From Macrostomum lignano (taxonomy: Eukaryota): a DNA stretch of 64,000 nucleotides. Each line of letters opens with the position of its first letter. Within the stretch, counting starts at the first letter, position 1. Positions 59,401 to 64,000 of the stretch are shown piece by piece. The notes under the pieces were generated by a model, which saw nothing but the letters and a program-made list of their open reading frames with translations, was not told the origin of the DNA and made no database searches. The stretch is from assembly GCA_002269645.1 (NCBI GenBank), contig NIVC01000094.1:620001-684000 (forward strand). The letters are read 5' to 3'. A program made the translations under genes and the position numbers.

Positions 59401-62400
59401 TTCATTAACTCATTCAGTGACTCATTCATGAACTCACTCAGTGACTCATTCATTAACTCACTCAGTGACTCATTCATGAACACACTCAATGACTCATTGA
59501 TGAACTCACTCAGTGACTCATTTATGAACACACTCAGGAACTCATTTATGAACACACTCAGGAACTCATTCATGAACTCACTCAGTGACTCATTCATGAA
59601 CACACTCAGTGACTCATTCATGAACACACTCAGTGACTCATTCATGAACACACTCAGTGACTCATTCATTAAGTCACTCAGTGACTCATTCATGAACTCA
59701 CTCAGTGACTCATTCATGAACACACTCAGTGACTCATTCATGAACACACTCAGTGACTCATTCATGAACACACTCAGTGACTCATTCATTAAGTCACTCA
59801 GTGACTCATTCATGAACTCACTCAGTGACTCATTCATGAACTCACTCAGTGACTCATTCATGAACACACTCAGTGACTCATTCATGAACACACTCAGTGA
59901 CTCATTAATCCATTAAAATAGACAATGCGGCAGGTAATTCTAATTATAATTTTTCTAGATTACTATACAGAATAACTTGGCTCAGAATAGGCATAAGCCG
60001 CCTGTATCCAGTTCAGAGCGCGCCTGTCTGCATAAGCCCCCTTAATTCAGCTTTATAGCAGATCTCTGACCAACATTGATATTCTGTATCTACCACCAAG
60101 TAGCGCTCATCCATGCATTCAATGCGTTCGCACTTGTCTGGCTTCAGTGTTTTTATAGTATCGTATGTATATAAATGTGTGTGTGTTCCCAGCCAAGCCC
60201 TAATAGCGGACTTGTTAGCTGAATTTGGTGCAGCGGGAACGGTGGGTAGGCTAAATTCGGTTTAAATAGCGCTATAAATTTTGCCAAATCTGTTGAGGCC
60301 ACGTGTCAGTCATTGCTGGTTCATCATTTATATCTTTATGAAAAGTGTTTTTCCAATTTCTGTCGTTGCTATGTTACCCCACAAGAGCTTAAGGTAAGTT
60401 TTTTAAAAGTAAAGGCACATTAATTTAAAAGTTTTGTGGGTACTCTGCTTGCCGTTAGGAAAATGATTGGAGCAGATTGACTGCTCAAGGATCTGTGGAA
60501 TTAATTAGTCTGGCTGCCCGCTCTCTATCCACTTTCTATCATATCTCTATCCGCTCTCTATCCGCTCTCTATCCGCTCACTATCCGCTCACTATCCGCTC
60601 ACTATCCGCTCACTATCCGCTCACTATCCGCTCACTATCCGCTCACTATCCGCTCACTATCCGCTCTCTATCCGCTCACTATCCTCTCCCTATCCGCTCC
60701 CTATCCGCTCACTATTCGCTCACTATCCGCTCACTATCCGCTCACTATCCGCTCTTTATCCGCTCTTTATCCGCTCACTATCCGCTCACTATCCGCTCAC
60801 TATCCGCTCACTATCCGCTCACTATCCGCTCACTATCCGCTCCCTATCCGCTCACTATCCGCTCCCTATCCGCTCTTTATCCGCTCACTATCCGCTCACT
60901 ATCCGCTCTTTATCCGCTCACTATCCGCTCACTATCCGCTCACTATCCGCTCACTATCCGCTCTTTATCCGCTCACTATCCGCTCACTATCCGCTCCCTA
61001 TCCGCTCACTATCCGCTCTTTATCCGCTCACTATCCGCTCACTATCCGCTCCCTATCCGCTCACTATCCGCTCTTTATCCGCTCCCTATCCGCTCACTAT
61101 CCGCTCTTTATCCGCTCACTATCCGCTCACTATCCGCTCACTATCCGCTCACTATTCGCTCTCTATCCGCTCTTTATCCGCTCACTATCCGCTCACTATC
61201 CGCTCCCTATCCGCTCACTATCCGCTCTTTATCCGCTCACTATCCGCTCACTATCCGCTCCCTATTCGCTCACTATCCGCTCTTTATCCGCTCCCTATCC
61301 GCTCACTATCCGCTCTTTATCCGCTCACTATCCGCTCACTATCCGCTCACTATCCGCTCACTATTCGCTCTCTATCCGCTCTTTATCAGCTCTACATCCG
61401 CTCACTATCCGCTCACTATCCGCTCACTATCCGCTCACTATTCGCTCTCTATCCGCTCTTTATCAGCTCTACATCCGCTGTATATCGTGTCTGAATTAGA
61501 AATTCGAGCAAGCACTTGTCAATTGATCAATTTTTAATATTCAAAGCCAATTTTTAATTTCCTCAATCAGACAAAGTCCGGAAACCCCGACTCTGGGCAG
61601 CAGCCCCGTCACAACGGCCGCCCCCGCCAGTCCAACGCCGTCGTCCGCGGAGTCCCTGGCCGACCTGGACGCCCTGACCCGCGAAGCCGCCAGCAGAAAC
61701 GATTCGTGGGCCAACGCCCAGGAGAAGAAGCTGCTGAAGCAGTGCGGCGAGAAGCTTGTGCGGCGATGCAACTTTGTCTACGAGCTGGTGTCCACGGAGA
61801 TCAACCACCTGCGCAACATCCGGGCGATGCAGGTGAGACTGACCGTTCAGGTTCCTTGTCTTCGTCTCTGTGCATCCGCTCTCCATCCGCTCTCTATCCG
61901 CTCTCTCCGCTCTCTATCCGCTCTCCATCCGCTCTCTATCCGCTCTCCATCCGCTCTCTATCCGCTCTCCATCCGCTCTCTATCCGCTCTCTATCCGCTC
62001 TCCATCCGCTCTCTATCCGCTCTCCATCCGCTCTCTATCCGCTCTCCATCCGCTCTCTATCCGCTCTCCATCCGCTCTCTATCCGCTCTCCATCCGCTCT
62101 CTATCCGCTCTCCATCCGCTCTCTATCCGCTCTCCATCCGCTCTCTATCCGCTCTCCATCCGCTCTCTATCCGCTCTCCATCCGCTCTCTATCCGCTCTC
62201 CATCCGCTCTCTATCCGCTCTCCATCCGCTCTCTATCCAACCTATTTGCTCTCTATCCGCTCACTATCCGCTCACTATCCGCTCTCTATCCTCTATCCAT
62301 CCGCTCTCCATCCGCTTTCCATCCGCTCTCCATCCGCTCTCCATCCGCTCTCCATCCGCTCTCCATCCGCTCTCCATCCGCTCTCCATCCGCTCTCCATC

Positions 62401-63878
62401 TGCTCTCCGTCTGTTTTCTATCCGCTCTCCTTCCACTCTCGAATCTGATCTCCAACCGCTCTCCATCCGTTCACCTTGGCGTCCTCGCCGCCCGCCCGCA
62501 GGTTGTATTCCGAGAGCCCCTTCGCCGTCTGCCGCCCAGCGCCGCCATCTCGGCCGCCGAGATCGAAGCGCTGTTCCCTCAGCTGGACCTGCTGGAGCGC
62601 CTGCACTCCGGCCTGCTGGCCGACCTGCGCCGCTGCGAGCCGCCGGCCGTCCTGACCAAAGCGACTCTGCCGCCAGCCGCCGACTGGGCCGGACTGGCCG
62701 GCCTCGGGGCCGCCCTGCGCCGCCACCTGTCCGGACCGGCCGGTACTGATTGGCTAACGGCCTATGGCGGATTCTGCTTTGAGCACACCGTCACCCTGCA
62801 GCCTGGGTTGGCCGCCCTCACAGCCAGGAGTGCCGGCTTCGCCAACGCGCTCAGAGACTGCGAGCGGAGTCCGCAGGCGGGGAGGAAAACCCTGCTGGTG
62901 GGTTCTCGGGCTGTGAGGGAGGCGGGGCGGGGAGGTTTAGTGTAAATAATCGTTTTGAGTCGGTTTTTGTTGGTTTGAATCGGTTTCAGTCGATTTGAGT
63001 CGATTTGAGTTGATTTGAGTTGGTTTGAATTGGTTTGAGTTGGTTTGAATCGGTTTGAGTCGATTTGAGTCGATTTGAGTTGATTTGAGTTGGTTTGAAT
63101 TGGTTTGAGTTGGTTTGAGTCGATTTGAGTCGATTTGAGTTGGTTTGAGTCGTTTTGAATTGATTTGAGTTGGTTTGAGTCGGTTTAAATCGGTTTGAGT
63201 TGGTTTGAGTGGTTTGAGTCAGCTCGGACAGTTCAAGTGGCTCCCCTGTGAAGTCCTGCACTGTCAGCCAGCCGCTGCACCCGCCGCCACTGCCACCACC
63301 AGGATCACTACCTGACGGTCACCCAGCGGCTGTCCAAGTACAAGACGCTGCTGCCCCAGATAGCCGAGTGCTGCCAGCTGGTGGCTCCCGTAGATGCCGA
63401 CATGGCGGCGGCCTGCGCCGACCTGGACTCGCTGCTGCAGGCCGTCAACGACCAGGTTGAGCGGCGGCACAATGAGCACGTGCTCGGCCAGGTGGCGGCC
63501 AACTTCCAGCCCGACCAGGGCATCTCCGCCCAGCAGCACCTGGCCGGCAGGCGGCTCATCCACAGCGGTCGGCTGCAGGTCCGCCACCAGGAGGCCAAGG
63601 TGCCCGCCGTCGCCAGCTTCGGGTTGCTGCTGAACGACTCGCTGCTGCTCCTCCAGGAGCTCGCGGGCGGCCGGTTCGCCCCGCTGTCCGGCCCCGCCAT
63701 CGCCGGCTGCGCCTGCCTGCCGCTGATGCGATTCGCCGAGACCGACGCCATCGTCAGGGAAAACGAAGGCAGCAAGCCGACGTTTTTTATCGTGGTGAAG
63801 CGGCCGGAGCCCAAGCTGATCAGCGTGGCCTGCCTCAGCCAGGAGGACAGAGACAAGTGGCTGCGGCTGATTAACAAG
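32410..63878 (+). CDS. Lbc-family RhoGEF (ARHGEF28/AKAP13/ARHGEF18-like), 3'-incomplete; exons 32410-32559, 33325-33478, 34095-34790, 34879-34919, 35017-35360, 35803-36011, 36224-36396, 50136-50329, 61571-61832, 62502-62897, 63303-63878
   Basis: Phase-compatible GT-AG exons. N-terminal CLVYEGTNRRH...LEFSFV domain as in AKAP13/ARHGEF28; split C1 zinc finger (H..CAVC..CRVC..H..C..C); DH motifs (SWA...VYELVSTEINHLRNI, VTQRLSKYKTLL); PH domain (LLLNDSLLLL...SQEDRDKWLRLI). Exon 50136-50329 has a weak acceptor and is the least certain. Confidence 0.8.
32620..33215. repeat. G-rich ~32-33-bp minisatellite in RhoGEF intron 1 (GCCATCGGAGGACACGGGAGGGGGCGGTGGCT)
   Basis: Tandem array. Confidence 0.9.
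37609..38476 (-). repeat. 3' LTR
   Basis: Matches 46515-47382 at a constant offset of 8906 bp. Termini TGTTGT...ACTACA. The only difference I noticed is C38131 vs G47037. Confidence 0.95.
38477..38497 (-). other. Polypurine tract preceded by a T9 tract
   Basis: Minus strand reads TTTTTTTTT-AGGAGGGGAGGG-|TGTAGT (start of 3' LTR). Confidence 0.9.
38725..38945. repeat. GC-rich ~32-bp tandem repeat in the element's 3' untranslated region
   Basis: GCAGGAAGCGCAGGTGGCCGCCGCAGAAGCCG-type units, ~6-7 copies. Confidence 0.85.
39061..40008 (-). CDS. Retrotransposon-encoded J-domain (DnaJ/Hsp40-type) protein, 315 aa from ATG 40008
   Basis: N-terminus MDLYAVLQVGHTAERAEIRRVYRQLALFWHPDKHPDKELAGRRFQEIETAGRILSCPYRRAMYDQLG matches the J-domain consensus, with HPD at 39921-39913. 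It is followed by an acidic tract and a basic/helical C-terminal region. Open and intronless. Confidence 0.9.
   Translation of the reverse strand: MDLYAVLQVGHTAERAEIRRVYRQLALFWHPDKHPDKELAGRRFQEIETAGRILSCPYRRAMYDQLGDKSIPYDEAVTFAMTFIPPTGVRMPADIEEGVQQRREVEEAQRKEAGLRQGRQGQRNDYEADGYILISDDDESEESDECSIDTEEEDELLASDGSSGSSESEAMEIDVPESKEVVSHRASGAIWDDEKLSLSAAARQLRHRLMKHILAGQSDGIVSVLTAMRRLFRDSQREPRSALSMVLLQALFFIRRDIAPVKRQRAGRRYWSRQSFDCFVRQLCHELIPLFGLRRPGRLLEVLKSCVGLPGLRVR
40432..43854 (-). CDS. pol: pol: reverse transcriptase, RNase H, integrase
   Basis: RT: MPFGLVNSPATF, YIDDLLV. RNase H: LDTDGS, NYCTTRLELLAV. Integrase: H-H-C-C zinc motif, DIVGP, SDQGRNFES, GNGQVENFN, GPY/F-like WLGPVKV. Confidence 0.95.
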   Translation of the reverse strand: MQNFGDKVQHNTARSSSSSVSKAGEQRTTEQRVCRLTENLGANDLAAGRWLAKALVIPNSGSRLPTRLINITEEPVRIRQGCTLGWFCPLESTEPLNTIKLLAVESGDDPQEEPKVQGSNSPSEADLLPNSYGDCGLSTKEDEEFRILVRSYSDVFTTKQTSSKLTTVVEHEINTENARPIKIPPRRLPPHLQPEVDRQVNELLEKGQIEEAQSPWCFPLVCVKKKSGEMRMCVDYRKLNEVTVKDAVPMPRVDDALEAVHGAKIFSTMDLHSGFWQVGVRPQDQDKTAFAVPHRGQFRWKVMPFGLVNSPATFTRLMAAVLDKQMWKTCLVYIDDLLVWSTDVDEHLRRLEEIFSKLRQANLCLKPQKCHFLQKQVKFLGHTLSAAGISTDEEKVQEVKNWPTPRSSTELHSFLGLCGYYRKFIKDFAAIAAPLTRLTTKDAKFEWKTEQQLAFETLKERMTSSEVIAHPDFSPDAGEFILDTDGSSKMGIGAVLSQVQPDGAERVIAYGSKTLNQAERNYCTTRLELLAVVTFIMKFRYYLLGKAFCLRTDHSSLQWLKNFSDAEGQVARWLEKLAPFQYRIVHRPGRSHGNADAMSRKPVRRHFGAETCPACAQHPEGLNAVEFERFSAGNLASEQDQDDDLRTVKEALGSNPVPDKSETAWSPLARAVWTRKDDLVLQENVLLVRNKDRRDEYQMVLPRKALDRILKTLHEGVGGGHMGFAKTKFKVLQRYWRPGLSRAIEEYIRGCATCCKSKPGKRNRAPLQPLTFAAPFDCVMMDIVGPLPRSKAGNIYLLTVQDSFTKWPDAYPLRNQKARTVARALFNRWISQHGCPSTLHSDQGRNFESQVMREMCRIRTTAYHPSGNGQVENFNKSLKSILKCCLEDSGRNDWEEFVSSALMAYRSSVHRATGYTPHYMIYGTEMRLPIDLTDQPPQPVDSHVNFVKELEDKLQTAHRAARQQLNTYQRRQKDQYDKRTRGSDIQEGDHVFVYSPALKPDEAAKFHVSWLGPVKVLERRSEVLFKVENPSNRKKSKFVHFNNLRKFARPAALETPVRTAAPPEVVDETDSEADAEGETWTRPQLMPPQDAEEVAEVLEEQMELVDDLQPTHNPVEAAPEPRRSGRLRRPPDRYGQPVTF
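43746..45389 (-). CDS. Transframe/protease region: His/Pro/Gln-rich repeat followed by aspartic protease
   Basis: -1 frame relative to gag. Protease motif ALVDSGASCTII. Out of frame with RT near 43750-43800. Confidence 0.85.
   Translation of the reverse strand, partial: GKRQEGPTSWRQVSPCNSSASEQVVISSHHHQTPGTAPHQHPVSGTSSHQPPVSGTAPHQHPVSGTAPHQHSVSGTAPHQPPASGTASHQPPVSGTVSHQHPVSGTVPHQPPVSGTAPHQPTVSGTESHQHPVSVTVPHQPPASGTAAHQHPVSGTAPHQHPVSGTAPHQHPVSGTSSHQHPASGTAAHQHPVSGTAPHQHPVSGTAPHQHPVSGTSSHQHPVSGTVPHQPPVSGTAPHQHSVSGTAPHQHPVSGTAPHQPPASGTAPHQHPVSGTAPHQPPVSGTVPHQHPVSGTASHQPPVSGTVSHQHPVSGTVPHQPPVSGTAPHQPTVSGTESHQHPVSVTVPHQPPASGTAPHHQLAGFAQSQRPITVNAPQSIQINPASIYVTASIAGRRVNALVDSGASCTIISREAYQSMPKQSVRDLAGAEGYVSLANGSPIEIERTVLLRLSIADKVIDTPALVVSGVKYQLVLGSDFCRDNSCVIDYKTAVFSVQDTAIPFRWQAERPIVCRILATRSSTIPPGHQAVLSARLESKGRRNRGCVG
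44310..45295 (-). repeat. 30-bp coding minisatellite (~33 copies) encoding APHQHPVSGT
   Basis: Tandem array inside the gag-pol transframe ORF, with an internal block duplication. Confidence 0.92.
45335..45389 (-). promoter_or_regulatory. -1 programmed ribosomal frameshift signal (slippery G GGA AAA plus downstream hairpin)
   Basis: Heptamer at 45389-45383 in the correct gag phase (CCG GGA AAA), 6-nt spacer, then AGGGGC...GCCCCT stem spanning the gag stop. Confidence 0.7.
45350..46270 (-). CDS. gag: gag (306 aa from ATG 46270)
   Basis: Capsid-like region and CYNCGEIGHLSFQC zinc knuckle; located just after the PBS. Confidence 0.92.
   Translation of the reverse strand: MGDQAMDQLIDALAARLRANADRAAPRLSKPPKYIPTMNFSLWLQSFNEYCEAVGIEEEARRPHLIGLLDLTTAYAAVDKLDLADDIEYGEFTDALLARFTMNRTAQDYRFELSNRDQLDKESVETYGDELLELVRNAFPTADADTRTELAKDRFLKGVRVTDTVRERLYLQQTANLTDAIRTVRQLEAAQKASSTQSKARPRAGLNAFATETSTGDTGKDEELRQLRQKVKEMEEKIRRMEQMQQGQQEPPEPGLQDKQQSKQAAPSSSKQRSGVKCYNCGEIGHLSFQCPKPGKGKRGPPAGGK
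46494..46511 (-). other. Primer-binding site complementary to the tRNA-Lys(UUU) 3' end
   Basis: Minus strand TGGCGCCCGAACAGGGAC, 3 nt downstream of the 5' LTR. Confidence 0.95.
46515..47382 (-). repeat. 5' LTR with GC box, CCAAT, TATA-like and poly(A) signal
   Basis: GGCGGGG 47184-47178, CCAAT 47168-47172, TATTTAT 47101-47095, AATAAA 46903-46898. Confidence 0.93.
47901..49031. repeat. Intronic 39/40-bp minisatellite (GTTGTCTGTATTTGCCTGTAAGTATCTGTCAAACCGGCT), ~28 copies
   Basis: Tandem array. Confidence 0.95.
49561..49873. repeat. Intronic 16-bp minisatellite (CACTGCAGGTAATTAT), ~19-20 copies
   Basis: Tandem array. Confidence 0.95.
50830..52985. repeat. Purine-rich 18-bp satellite (GAGAGGAGAGGGAGACAA), ~2.1 kb
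   Basis: Tandem array with extreme strand asymmetry. Confidence 0.95.
53860..55345. repeat. 54-bp minisatellite (GATATGTTGCGCAGTAAACTTAATAAAGGATGTATTGACCTAGCTGAATCAGCC)
   Basis: Tandem array; 18-aa period in the ORF track. Confidence 0.95.
55760..56575. repeat. Compound minisatellite (CAGTGTCTGACCCACA / GAATCTGACCCA units)
   Basis: Tandem 15/16-bp and ~31-32-bp composite units. Confidence 0.9.
57300..59907. repeat. 24-bp satellite (TTCATGAACTCACTCAGTGACTCA), ~108 copies
   Basis: Tandem array; 8-aa period in the ORF track. Confidence 0.97.
60520..61480. repeat. 11-bp satellite (TATCCGCTCAC and variants)
   Basis: Tandem array upstream of exon 61571. Confidence 0.95.
61875..62465. repeat. 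11-bp satellite (CTCCATCCGCT / CTCTATCCGCT alternating)
   Basis: Tandem array filling the intron after exon 61832. Confidence 0.93.
62975..63220. repeat. 10-bp degenerate repeat (GATTTGAGTY / GGTTTGARTY)
   Basis: Tandem array in the intron before exon 63303. Confidence 0.88.
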
Positions 63879-64000
63879 GTGAGCTGGGAGAGGAGATACC
63901 CGGCTCGGTTTTCCACGCCATACCAGGAAACTGGGTTGATCTCGCGTGTAACCTGGCTGGTTAATCCGGGTGGTACCTGATTGATCCCGGTGATACCTGG

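Noticed and set aside
57291-59916. 866-aa and 870-aa ORFs on both strands
   Set aside because: Translations of a stop-free 24-bp satellite. The same applies to the ORFs over 25.0-26.2, 28.4-31.5, 50.8-53.0, 53.9-55.3 and 60.5-62.4 kb.
60520-61480. Repeat unit TATCCGCTCAC matches part of the lac operator
   Set aside because: Only 11-12 bp, lacks the AATT flanks and grades into native variants; coincidence rather than vector contamination.

Overview
Eukaryotic (metazoan) genomic DNA. GC/CpG-rich exons are separated by AT-rich introns, and many introns hold their own minisatellite. That style suggests a free-living flatworm such as Macrostomum, but this is inference only. Four host genes can be reconstructed: (1) a minus-strand Ly6/Quiver-like GPI-anchored three-finger protein (7281->5275, 3 coding exons); (2) an intronless, heat-inducible cytosolic Hsp70 (8650-10566) with two perfect HSEs, a CCAAT box and a TATA box; (3) a TEX14-like ankyrin + pseudokinase gene (13060-24312) whose last exon encodes a long QAQVGFGNS-repeat tail; (4) an Lbc-family RhoGEF (ARHGEF28/AKAP13-type; N-terminal domain, C1, DH, PH; 32410 to beyond the window). 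A 9.8-kb Ty3/gypsy LTR retrotransposon (37609-47382, minus strand) sits in one RhoGEF intron. It has near-identical 868-bp LTRs, a tRNA-Lys(UUU) PBS, a -1 frameshift signal and a PPT. The main highlight is an extra ORF between pol and the 3' LTR, where env would lie. It encodes an HPD-intact J-domain (Hsp40 co-chaperone) protein and is preceded by a splice-acceptor-like sequence. Other notable signals: a 1.4-kb CpG-free block in front of the TEX14-like gene, intronic minisatellites built from splice-site consensus motifs, and an array of about 108 units carrying AP-1 motifs. Most long ORFs in the supplied track are artefacts of tandem repeats.
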